Source of the DNA: Fimbriimonadales bacterium
GTDB taxonomy: Bacteria; Armatimonadota; Fimbriimonadia; Fimbriimonadales; GBS-DC
Assembly: GCA_025061985.1 (NCBI GenBank)
Contig: JANXAW010000023.1
Coordinates: 78,104-142,103, forward strand
Length of the DNA stretch: 64,000 nucleotides
Direction of reading: 5' to 3'
A model generated the notes under the pieces. It worked only from the letters and a program-made list of their open reading frames with translations, was not told the DNA's origin and ran no database searches. This document shows positions 20,937 through 29,383 of the stretch, one piece after another (position 1 is the stretch's first letter; every line of letters begins with the position of its first letter). The position numbers were made by a program, and so were the translations under genes.

Positions 20937-22165
20937 CGTGTAGCCACTGCTTGCAACGCCGCGCGCACCCCTTGCATAATCGCTTCGCCTGCCTCGGGTC
21001 CGTTGAATGAGATTGTTGCCTCGTAGCTGCCCGTATGGTACTCGCGTGGCGTGAGGATATAACCAATCCACTCATTTGTGAGGGCGACAGGGGTGGCATA
21101 GCGCAAGCCCATCTCTCGCCCCATCTCGCGCGTGCGTAACCCTAAAATGCTTGTCGGCTCTCCCGGAAAACCTACCAGCACCAGCTCCCCAAGTCGTAGC
21201 ACGCTCACGGGGGCTGTCTCAGGCATCAGTTGCTTGACTAACTGCTGCAGTAGGGACTCAGGCACTTTGTATTCGCGCCCGGCAGTTTCGTAAAAGGCGG
21301 GGTGGGGGCGTGCTTCGGGTAGGCGCACCTGTACTTGGTGGGTGCGCAAAGCGGCAGGCATCGGTTGAGCTGCTCGAAGCAGGCGGAGCGCGTGTCTTGC
21401 AAGTCGGCTTCCATAGCGTTGGACGCGCTCGTGGGGCGTGCTGCCTTCGTTCGCGACAGGAGAAACATCACCCAACGCGCCATTTAGGAAAAGTGCCACG
21501 GTGCCTCGCCCAAGAGCGTGCTCCAACTGTAACTGCACGACGCCTGGAAAGTCGGCGGAGATTTCCATCATCGTATGCGGGTAAATCGTAGGGTGAGCTG
21601 CGAACACCACCAGTGCTCCTATTGGCGTTCCGCGTTCAGTCTCTACGCGTAGTACGGTCATCGTGGGGTCTACCACAGGGCGTCCGCGGCGGTTGCGGTT
21701 TAGTTGAGGCAGGGGGTGGGCTGCTACCGCAAGCGTAGCGGGCTTTAGCGCGCGAAACGCTTTACGCACTGCTTGCGCCACGCGCTCCGCCGTGAATTGC
21801 AAAAACTCTGGCAAGAAGGTACCCACGCCGGGAAGGGAGAAACGCATCCGTTCATTCAGCCCCATCGAATCGGGCGCGCTGTGCGTATGAGTAGCGCACA
21901 AAAACAGCTGTTCAGGAGCCAGCCCTGTGGCGGTTAGCACCTCGCGAGTAAGGCTCCACGGCACCAGCAGATGGTCTATGGATACGATTGCTGCCCGTTG
22001 CTCGCCATACTCCAGCGCCAGCGCCCGCGCGTAGATTGGATCGTGCACGCCTTGGGGCGGCATGTTCAGCCGCGCGTTGTAGCCCCCTAACTGGATTCGG
22101 ATTCGGCTAATGTCGGGGGTGATGTCTACCTTGGCAACGCCCGCTCTCATCCGCCCGCGTCTCAT
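20933..22165 (-). CDS. Neutral/alkaline ceramidase-like hydrolase
   Basis: The N-terminal domain pattern is MRAGVAKVDITPD...LGGY...HDPIYARALAL...IVSIDHLL...CATHTHSAPD. The start is taken at ATG 22165, because the upstream part of the ORF is antisense to the next gene. Confidence 0.65.
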   Translation of the reverse strand: MRRGRMRAGVAKVDITPDISRIRIQLGGYNARLNMPPQGVHDPIYARALALEYGEQRAAIVSIDHLLVPWSLTREVLTATGLAPEQLFLCATHTHSAPDSMGLNERMRFSLPGVGTFLPEFLQFTAERVAQAVRKAFRALKPATLAVAAHPLPQLNRNRRGRPVVDPTMTVLRVETERGTPIGALVVFAAHPTIYPHTMMEISADFPGVVQLQLEHALGRGTVALFLNGALGDVSPVANEGSTPHERVQRYGSRLARHALRLLRAAQPMPAALRTHQVQVRLPEARPHPAFYETAGREYKVPESLLQQLVKQLMPETAPVSVLRLGELVLVGFPGEPTSILGLRTREMGREMGLRYATPVALTNEWIGYILTPREYHTGSYEATISFNGPEAGEAIMQGVRAALQAVATR

Positions 22166-22172
22166 AGCCCTG

Positions 22173-22178
22173 ATTTTA
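22173..22178 (-). promoter_or_regulatory. -10-like TAAAAT 7 nt upstream of the ceramidase-like ATG 22165
   Basis: The minus strand reads GGTAAAAT-CAGGGCT-ATG. Confidence 0.35.
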
Positions 22179-22240
22179 CCGTTTCTGTGAGTTCTTACAG
22201 CAGGAACCTTCTTGAACTCTAACGAATCAAAAAATCCGCT

Positions 22241-23050
22241 ATGCGAAGGAGCGGGTTTACACTGATTGAGCTGTTGGTTGTGATTGCGATTATCGCCATT
22301 TTGGCAGCGATTCTGTTCCCCGTGTTTGCTCAGGCGCGCGAAAAGGCGCGTCAGACCCAGTGTCTCAGCAACCTGAAGCAAATCGGCTTGGCAGTGATGC
22401 AGTACATCAACGACTACGACGAGAAGTTCCCGATGAGCATTTACCGCGCCACTGATAGCAACAATCAGCCCTGTTTGTTTACGCTTTACCACGCGATCTT
22501 CCCCTACATCAAAAACATCGAGGTGGCGCAGTGTCCTTCGGATCGTCCTGGCTTAGACATTCAGACGGGCTTCGCGCCGTTGGGACAGCTGTGTCCGTTG
22601 CAGGGGTTCCGCTACACGGGCTATATTTTCAACTGGTGCGTGCTGGAGAATGGCTCACTGCCTCCTGCGTTGCAGCCGAACCCCGTCGTGTCGCAGGCGC
22701 AACTGGAGTTCCCCGTTCAAACCTCAATGGTGTATGATGGCACGCTTGGACCTTTGCAGCAGGGCATTCCCTCGTACCTACAGGCGCGGCATAATGACTT
22801 GGCGAACGCCAATTTTGCGGATGGGCACGCACGCGCCGTGAAGGGGCGCCCTGTAGACCCGCCAAATAACACTCGCCCCACCATGGACGGCAGGACAGCG
22901 CGCCTGTTCCGCGTGGGCGAGGTAGGTCCGTATCAGGGGCAGACCAGCCTGTGGGGTGTGGCGCGTCAACGCACGGACGGCTCGTGGTGCTATGAGTGCA
23001 TCAACCGTCGAGATGCGCAAGGGCGTGCACCTGGCAATTGCAGCCAGTAG
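22241..23050 (+). CDS. Prepilin-type N-terminal cleavage/methylation protein with an H-X9-DG motif (DUF1559-like)
   Basis: The N-terminus is [25 protein letters not shown]. The H-X9-DG motif reads [13 protein letters not shown]. Confidence 0.85.
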   Translation: MRRSGFTLIELLVVIAIIAILAAILFPVFAQAREKARQTQCLSNLKQIGLAVMQYINDYDEKFPMSIYRATDSNNQPCLFTLYHAIFPYIKNIEVAQCPSDRPGLDIQTGFAPLGQLCPLQGFRYTGYIFNWCVLENGSLPPALQPNPVVSQAQLEFPVQTSMVYDGTLGPLQQGIPSYLQARHNDLANANFADGHARAVKGRPVDPPNNTRPTMDGRTARLFRVGEVGPYQGQTSLWGVARQRTDGSWCYECINRRDAQGRAPGNCSQ

Positions 23051-23061
23051 TGTGTAAGACC

Positions 23062-23088
23062 ACCTGCGCAGGCTCGCCCTGCGCAGGT
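23062..23088. terminator. Hairpin between convergent genes
   Basis: ACCTGCGCAGG-CTCGC-CCTGCGCAGGT gives an 11-bp stem built from two copies of the self-complementary decamer CCTGCGCAGG. There is no U-tract. Confidence 0.35.
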
Positions 23089-23098
23089 ACACCCCACT

Positions 23099-23731
23099 TT
23101 AGGGTTGCGCAATCCAAGCAGGTTGCGTGATGAGGGAGCGCTGGCGCTTGAGATAGTCGCCGATTACTTCGGCGAGGGTACGCCCTGTAGCGAGGGTGAT
23201 TTGCTCCCGGCTCCAGATGCGGAAATAACCTAACGCTCCGCGTGCCATTGGCGCAGTGGTAGCGACCTTGTAGAGGCGTTCTGGCTCCAGTTTTGCCCCT
23301 GCAATTACAACGCTCACAACACGCTTACCTACATCCGCACGCGGGCTGAAGCGCACTTCAACCCCCGCCAGTTGCAAGAAGGCGTTGTTGCGCTGCGGGT
23401 AAAGTTCCAAAGCTCGCTCCAGCGCTTGCAGAATCTGCTCCCCGCGAAGGCTAAGCACTACCACTTCATCGTCGGGATGTGCCAACGCCTTCACCAAGTC
23501 CTCAGCGGTAAAGCCTGTGGCAGGCACAGAGGCAGTCTCGTTGAAAAACGCGGCGCCCAAAAACGCCATATCCGCGCCTGTGGTGGAGCGCATGGCGTCT
23601 ACAATCGTTTGCGCCACAGGGTTTGGTCGCTCGCCCACAGTTGCCAGCGACTCACTTGACCCCCCAACTAGCTGCCCCCAGCTCAACACGCATACGAACC
23701 ATCCCAGAAGAGCTGCGCAAACCGCTCTCAT
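23099..23731 (-). CDS. Secreted 5'-nucleotidase C-terminal-domain-like protein
   Basis: A signal-like N-terminus is present. It resembles the UshA C-terminal substrate-binding domain (...VVLSLRGEQILQALE...FLQLAGVEVRF...VVSVVIAGAKLEPERLYKVAT...). The match is from memory only. Confidence 0.5.
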   Translation of the reverse strand: MRAVCAALLGWFVCVLSWGQLVGGSSESLATVGERPNPVAQTIVDAMRSTTGADMAFLGAAFFNETASVPATGFTAEDLVKALAHPDDEVVVLSLRGEQILQALERALELYPQRNNAFLQLAGVEVRFSPRADVGKRVVSVVIAGAKLEPERLYKVATTAPMARGALGYFRIWSREQITLATGRTLAEVIGDYLKRQRSLITQPAWIAQP

Positions 23732-23734
23732 CGC

Positions 23735-24866
23735 TTACTCCGCTTTTGCCTCAAGCGCAGCGCGCTTCGAGGCGTTCCACCTTAAATACGCTTCAATGAA
23801 GCCGTCTATCTCACCATCCAACACCGCTTGGGCATTGCCCGTTTCGTAGTCTGTGCGATGGTCCTTGACAAGCGTGTAGGGGTGCAATACATAGCTTCGG
23901 ATTTGGTGTCCCCATTCCGCAGGAGTGACTTCGCCCTTGAGTTGGCGCAGCTTTTGCTCTTCTTGGCGGCGGTAGTACTCGGCTACGCGCGCTGCCAGTA
24001 CCTTGAGGGCGACTTCTTTGTTTTGGTGCTGGGAGCGCTCGTTTTGGCACGAGGCGGTGATACCAGTAGGGATGTGCGTGACGCGCACGCCAGTCTCGGT
24101 TTTGTTGATGTGCTGCCCGCCGTGTCCACCAGCGCGGAAGGTTTCGATTTTGACCTCCTCAAGCTTGAGTTGGTACTCCGTGTGTTCCACCTGAGGCATT
24201 ACTTCCACCAAGGCGAAGGAAGTGTGGCGTCGCCTATTGGCATCGAACGGCGAAATACGCACTAATCGATGCACGCCATGCTCAGACTTGAGCAAGCCGT
24301 AGGCATTTTCGCCTTCAATCAGCACGCCGACGCTGGAGTAGCCTGTTACTGTGCCGGGCGATTCATCGACAATCTCAGTGCGGAAGCCGCGGCGTTGTGC
24401 CCAACGCAGATACATCCGCAGCAACATCGCCGCCCAGTCGCATGCTTCCGTGCCTCCCGCGCCTGAGCTGATCTCCAAGATGGCGTTGTGCGAGTCATAT
24501 TCCCCGCTGAGCAGGGTGAGCAAGTCTAAACGCTCCACTTCGCGCTGGAGTTGAATGATTTGCGCGCTCACCTCGCGGGCAGTAGGTTCGTCGTACTCGA
24601 TTTGCAGGAGGCTAAGCCACTCGGCGAGTTCATCTGCTTGGCGGTGGAGCCGCTCAATTGGCTCAATCTTATCACGCAGGCGCGCGATTTGTTGCATTAT
24701 GCGCTGCGCCTCAGCGGGGTTCGCCCAAAACTCTGGCGACTCGCTGCGGCGCTGCAATTGCTCCAGCTCGGCTTTCAGGCGAGCGAGGTCAAAGATGCTC
24801 GCCGATGGCGTTGAGCCGTCGGCGAGCCTCCTGAATCGCCCCGTTCAGCATGTGGAAATCCAGCAT
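23735..24866 (-). CDS. prfB: Peptide chain release factor 2, expressed through a programmed +1 frameshift
   Basis: Frame 0 runs from ATG 24866 through 25 codons (MLDFHMLNGAIQEARRRLNAIGEHL) to TGA at 24791-24789. The +1 frame runs from GAC 24790 to the stop at 23735. SPF and GGQ motifs are present. Confidence 0.9.
24788..24794 (-). promoter_or_regulatory. prfB: prfB +1 ribosomal frameshift site CTT TGA C
   Basis: The minus strand reads ...GGC GAG CAT CTT TGA CCT CGC.... This is the canonical CUU-UGA-C slippery/stop context, with a G-rich element 3 nt upstream. Confidence 0.85.
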
Positions 24867-24873
24867 CGTTAGG

Positions 24874-24879
24874 ATTATA
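24874..24879 (-). promoter_or_regulatory. -10 box TATAAT 7 nt upstream of the prfB ATG
   Basis: The minus strand reads TCAGGTATAAT-CCTAACG-ATG. Confidence 0.45.
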
Positions 24880-24907
24880 CCTGACTTTTAGGTATCCTGC
24901 TTTAGGG

Positions 24908-25888
24908 ATGCGTAGCTTTAGATGGGGCATTTTGGGCACGGGCAAGATCGCTCGGCGCTTTATGCAGGCAGCGTTTTATGTGCCTGAAGCGCAGGTTATA
25001 GCGGTTGGCTCGCGAGCACAGTCCACGGCAGACGCTTTCGGGGCGCAGTTTGGCATCCCTAAGCGCTACGGCAGCTACGAGGCGTTGCTGGCTGACCCCG
25101 AAGTGGAGATTGTGTATGTCGCCACGCCGCATAGCCTGCATGCGGAAAACGCGCTAGCGGCGCTGCAGGCAGGCAAGCATGTGCTTTGTGAAAAGCCATT
25201 CACGCTGAATGCCCTCCAAGCGGAGCAGGTGATTCGCGTGGCACGCGCCTTGGGCAAATTTGTGATGGAAGGCATGTGGACCCGCTGCTTCCCGCTGATT
25301 CGCGAGGTGGTGCGTCGTGTGCAGGCGGGCGAACTGGGCGAGGTGCGGTTAGTAATTGCCGACTTCGGGTTCCGCCCCCCGTTTGATCCCAACAGTCGCC
25401 TGTTTGCCCCCTCCCTGGGAGGTGGCGCACTGTTGGATGTGGGGGTTTATCCGGTGTCCTTGGCGTTCCTGATTTTGGGTGCACCTGCACAGATAGTCTC
25501 CTACGCCGCGCTCGGCGCCACGGGCGTAGACGAACTCTGTAGCATTATCTTTACCTATCCTAACGGAGCGCAGGCGATCCTAAGTGCCTCCTTGCAAGTG
25601 GAAACGCCTAAGCAAGCCCACCTCTGCGGCACACACGCTCGGATTGATATCCCCGCCCCGTGGTGGAAACCTTCCGAAGCGTGGCTTACCCGCAGCGACG
25701 GCACGCGCGAACACCTCTTGTACCCCTATGAAGGCGACGGGTTGCAGTTCGAAATCCGCCACGTGCACGAGTGCATTCACCAAGGGCTTACTGAAAGCCC
25801 GTGGATGCCACTGGATGAGACGTTAGCGATTATGCGGGTGCTGGATACGCTGCGCGCGCAGTGGGGCGTGCGCTACCCTGGTGAGTAG
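24908..25888 (+). CDS. Gfo/Idh/MocA family NAD(P)-dependent oxidoreductase
   Basis: N-terminal Rossmann segment FRWGILGTGKIARRF and the EKP motif (VLCEKPF). Confidence 0.85.
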   Translation: MRSFRWGILGTGKIARRFMQAAFYVPEAQVIAVGSRAQSTADAFGAQFGIPKRYGSYEALLADPEVEIVYVATPHSLHAENALAALQAGKHVLCEKPFTLNALQAEQVIRVARALGKFVMEGMWTRCFPLIREVVRRVQAGELGEVRLVIADFGFRPPFDPNSRLFAPSLGGGALLDVGVYPVSLAFLILGAPAQIVSYAALGATGVDELCSIIFTYPNGAQAILSASLQVETPKQAHLCGTHARIDIPAPWWKPSEAWLTRSDGTREHLLYPYEGDGLQFEIRHVHECIHQGLTESPWMPLDETLAIMRVLDTLRAQWGVRYPGE

Positions 25889-25986
25889 CCCGTTGGTGAA
25901 CATTCTTGCGCTACCGTGCGTCAATCCCATGAACCGTCTGCGCAGGTTTCCCCTGCGCTAATCCTACGCGGTCTGGAGGTATCTCT

Positions 25987-26601
25987 ATGAGTGTCGTGAA
26001 GGTTGCCGTTATCTACTACAGCTCTACAGGCACAAACTATCAAATGGCTCTGGAGGCGACCCGTGCAGCAGAGCAGGTAGGCGCAGAAGTAAGGCTTCGT
26101 CGGGTGCGTGAGTTAGCGCCTGAGGAAGCTATTGCCCAGCGCCCCGAATGGAAAAGCCACCTAGAGGCGACTCGGCACATCCCTGAAGCGACCTTAGACG
26201 ACCTCGATTGGGCAGATGTCATTGTGCTGGCTACGCCCACCCGCTACGGCTTAGTCTCCGCCCAGATGAAGCAGTTCCTCGACTCTACGGGTCCACTGTG
26301 GGCACAGGGTAAGCTTGCAAACAAAGTGATGACTTTTATGAGCAGTGCCCAAAATCCCCACGGTGGGCAGGAGATGACCTTGCTCTCGCTGTTTGTGATC
26401 GCGGCTCACTGGGGCGCGATTATTGTGCCTCCTGGCTACACAGCTCCAGCTGTGTTTGCTGCAGGCGGCAATCCGTATGGCACAAGTACTGTGCCCCAGC
26501 CTACTCTGAGCGATAATACTGTGCAAGCAATCCATCACCAAGTGCAACGCGCAATCCAAGTTGCCCGGTGGATCAAGCAAGGACAACAAGTCAGTCAGTA
26601 G
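25987..26601 (+). CDS. wrbA: NAD(P)H:quinone oxidoreductase WrbA (flavodoxin-like)
   Basis: KVAVIYYSSTGTNYQMA...ATPTRYG....MKQFLD. A GGAGG RBS lies upstream. Confidence 0.85.
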   Translation: MSVVKVAVIYYSSTGTNYQMALEATRAAEQVGAEVRLRRVRELAPEEAIAQRPEWKSHLEATRHIPEATLDDLDWADVIVLATPTRYGLVSAQMKQFLDSTGPLWAQGKLANKVMTFMSSAQNPHGGQEMTLLSLFVIAAHWGAIIVPPGYTAPAVFAAGGNPYGTSTVPQPTLSDNTVQAIHHQVQRAIQVARWIKQGQQVSQ

Positions 26602-26655
26602 GTGCTTTCGGTGCTCGTGGGGGTATTCTCCCTACGAGCACACAACGAGGTCGCT

Positions 26656-27261
26656 ATGGCTCGCACAGGTCGGTTAGTGGTAGGCGTCACTGGCGCCAGT
26701 GGTGGGATTTATGCCATTCGCTTCCTACAGCAAGCCACCCAACACTTTCGCGAAATCTACTACATTTGTACGGATCAGGCGCTTCAAGTGATGCAAACCG
26801 AGTTGGGGATGGAGGTGTCGCGCGAGACGCTGTGTGCGCGCACCCTTCTGGGCTACGAGTGGGATGGCTTGCGGGTTCTGGATCCGCGCGACTATTTCTC
26901 GCCACCTGCCAGCGGCAGCTTCCGCCACGATGGAATGGTGATTATCCCGTGCTCGATGGGCACTTTGGGGCGCATTGCCAACGGCATTTCCGACGATTTA
27001 ATGACCCGCGCTGCAGATGTTTGCCTCAAGGAACGCCGCCCGCTGATTCTGGTTGTGCGTGAAACGCCGTTCAACTTGGTGCACTTGCGCAACATGGTGC
27101 GAGCGGCGGAGGCAGGTGCGGTGATTTTGCCCGCGAACCCCGCGTTTTACCATCGCCCCACCACACTGGAGGAGGCAGTAGACACTGTAATCGCGCGGGT
27201 TCTGCAACACTTAGGCGTGGAGCAGCACTTAGTGCCAGAGTGGGGAACAGAGGGCGATTGA
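26656..27261 (+). CDS. ubiX: Flavin prenyltransferase UbiX
   Basis: VVGVTGASGGIYA...IIPCSMGTLGRIANGISDDLMTRAADVCLKERRPLILVVRETP. Confidence 0.9.
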   Translation: MARTGRLVVGVTGASGGIYAIRFLQQATQHFREIYYICTDQALQVMQTELGMEVSRETLCARTLLGYEWDGLRVLDPRDYFSPPASGSFRHDGMVIIPCSMGTLGRIANGISDDLMTRAADVCLKERRPLILVVRETPFNLVHLRNMVRAAEAGAVILPANPAFYHRPTTLEEAVDTVIARVLQHLGVEQHLVPEWGTEGD

Positions 27262-27456
27262 GGAGGGGGGTGTGGCTAGCGAGCGATGCCTGCCTAGATA
27301 CCCGCACGGGCAGTTCCCGCACCAGCCTTCGAAGGTGCGTCGAGGCACGCCGCCTCACGGCTGGCAAGGCTGGTAACGGAGCCGGCGCACACCCCCCACA
27401 AAGGAAGTTCGCCACTTTCGTACCTATGGGTAAGCATCTGCTGTTCATAGAGTTCC

Positions 27457-27487
27457 AAAAAAGTTGCCCCCGCGCCAGCGGGGGCAA
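27457..27487 (-). terminator. Intrinsic terminator downstream of the DUF2089/DUF4097 pair
   Basis: The minus strand reads TTGCCCCCGC-TGGC-GCGGGGGCAA followed by CTTTTTTGG, 27 nt after the DUF4097 stop. Confidence 0.75.
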
Positions 27488-27513
27488 GTGTAGTCCCGTC
27501 TCGAGTTGCTGGC

Positions 27514-28755
27514 TTATGCTGTTTCATGGCTGCGCAGGCGCACGCGCAGGTTGCCATGAACCGCTTCCAGCGTGAGTGTGCCTGTGCCGTCTCCTGCGAC
27601 CCCGCGATAAAAGTGGCGTCCGCGCTCTACGGCACGACACTCCAAGTCGCACTCGATGTCGCCAGCGCTCGTTTGCAACTGCACTCGGCAATCGTTGCCG
27701 TCGGGTAATGCCACCACAATATCGCCACTCACGGTCGTAAGGTAGATATCTCCTCGAACAGGCTCCAGCAGTTCCAGTGTGAGGCTTCCGCGCACTGCCT
27801 CTGCCTTCAGGGTGCGTACGGTCAGGCGTTCGGCTTCTAGGTCGCCGTTGGTAAGGTGAAAAGCGCCACTGTCAATCTTCACTTCGCTGAGCCACACGTC
27901 CCCGTTGACGGTGGTAAGGGCAAGGCGGTCGCCTTGCAGGTCAGTAAGGTGGATATCGCCGTTGACAGTTTCCAGCGTAGCGCTGCCGCGCAGGTGGCGC
28001 AGGTGCATGTCGCCGCGCGGGGTGCGCAGGTCAACCGAGCCGTCCAGCTTCTCGACTTCAATGTCGCCTTTATGTTCTAGGCGCACACGCAGGTTCACCT
28101 GGCGCGGGATGCGCAGGGTAAGGTCTACCTTTTGGCGGATGTCACCTTCTAGTTCGGGTGCGCGGATGCGCACCCCTTCGTCGGTTTGCTCAATAGTCAG
28201 GCTATAACGTGCTTTGGCTTGCTCTACTGCTTGTGGGTTGGCTCCCCGCAGGCAGATAGCGGCTTCGACCCGTCCCCCGTCGAAACCGCCTATGATGTGT
28301 AGGTCGCCTGCGGGGAGGTCGATGGACAGCGATTGCCCCCCACCAATCGCGAAGTCCATCGTTTGATGCAAGTCGACCTCATATTTGCTCCACCGTCCCA
28401 AGGACCAGTCGCCCTGTTCCAGCTCTTGAAGCACTTTTCGCAGCTCTTCGAGGCTGCGTTGGGTTTGTTCGCGCACACTGCGCCCGATCTGTTGCCAGTC
28501 GACGCGGCGTACGGCTTGCCCAGTGGCGCGTACGGCTTCTTCTGCTGCACGCAAAATCTGGTCGAACAGCCCTCGCACAGGGCTTGTGCCACCGCTGGTT
28601 TCAGCTGTCGCGGTCTCAGATGACGCCTGAGACGCCTCATGCGTTGGCGATACCTCATACAGGGCATCGATAAGCTCGGCAGCCTCTTCGGGCGTCACAG
28701 TGCCCTGCTGCATCAGGTTCAAGATTCGCATCAGGGTTTCGCGTCGGCTATCCAT
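27514..28755 (-). CDS. DUF4097-type beta-strand-repeat protein with an N-terminal SHOCT-like helix
   Basis: The N-terminus is LMRILNLMQQGTVTPEEAAELIDAL. The C-terminal half contains repeated G(D/S)(I/V).(L/V) beta-helix-like units (VNGDIHLTDL, VNGDVWLSEV, TNGDLEAERL, VSGDIVVAL, SAGDIECDL). Confidence 0.7.
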   Translation of the reverse strand: MDSRRETLMRILNLMQQGTVTPEEAAELIDALYEVSPTHEASQASSETATAETSGGTSPVRGLFDQILRAAEEAVRATGQAVRRVDWQQIGRSVREQTQRSLEELRKVLQELEQGDWSLGRWSKYEVDLHQTMDFAIGGGQSLSIDLPAGDLHIIGGFDGGRVEAAICLRGANPQAVEQAKARYSLTIEQTDEGVRIRAPELEGDIRQKVDLTLRIPRQVNLRVRLEHKGDIEVEKLDGSVDLRTPRGDMHLRHLRGSATLETVNGDIHLTDLQGDRLALTTVNGDVWLSEVKIDSGAFHLTNGDLEAERLTVRTLKAEAVRGSLTLELLEPVRGDIYLTTVSGDIVVALPDGNDCRVQLQTSAGDIECDLECRAVERGRHFYRGVAGDGTGTLTLEAVHGNLRVRLRSHETA

Positions 28756-28767
28756 TGTGCGCCTCCT

Positions 28768-29160
28768 TCATCGCAGGTTGCGCAGTTTGCGGGCGGCTTC
28801 TTCCGCCGTGATCTGCCCATGTTCCAGCATGTCTAAAATCGCGCGTCGCTGTTGCGCTAAGTATTCGTCTTGCTCTTGGGTAGGCGCGGGCGCTAGCCCC
28901 AGCGCCAATAAAAGCGCGTCTAACTTGTTGCGCGCGGTAGGATAACTAATCCCCAACTCACGCTCCACGCCTGCCAACATGCCACGATTACGCAGAAAAA
29001 CTTCCAAAAAGTGCAACTGCTCTTGATCCAGCTGGCTAAAACGATTAGGCAAAAATTGCCCGCTGATGCTCGTGCCACAGTCCTCGCAAGTCACTTGCGT
29101 GACCACGAGCTTGCCATTGCAGATGGGGCAGCGCGTTGGCTGCGCGTGCGACTTTTTCAT
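28768..29160 (-). CDS. DUF2089-type zinc-ribbon/HTH protein with a C-terminal SHOCT-like helix
   Basis: CPICNGKLVVTQVTCEDCGTSISGQF, then LHFLEVFLRNRGMLAGVERELGISYPTARNKLD, then a tail ILDMLEHGQITAEEAARKL. Confidence 0.7.
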   Translation of the reverse strand: MKKSHAQPTRCPICNGKLVVTQVTCEDCGTSISGQFLPNRFSQLDQEQLHFLEVFLRNRGMLAGVERELGISYPTARNKLDALLLALGLAPAPTQEQDEYLAQQRRAILDMLEHGQITAEEAARKLRNLR

Positions 29161-29383
29161 GGTGCGCTGTACAGTACCCGATGGGCTTCAAAAAAGTCAA
29201 GTCCTAACGCCTTCAGAAGTCAAATTTCCTAAGCTGGAAATAAGGATTTTGAAGGCGCACACTCTCGGTACGCTCTCCTCCATTGCAGTAGCCAAGCGGG
29301 CTACCCTGAAAGGTAAGGAAGGTAGACCGACGGCAAGGTACACTTTCCGCAGCCATGCGCCTATAATGCGATGAGGGAGCGCC

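Noticed and set aside
22166-22492. 109-codon N-terminal extension of the ceramidase-like ORF
   Set aside because: It is antisense to the 5' end of the H-X9-DG gene. Its composition is odd, and the conserved ceramidase N-terminus begins right after ATG 22165, which has a -10 box 7 nt upstream.
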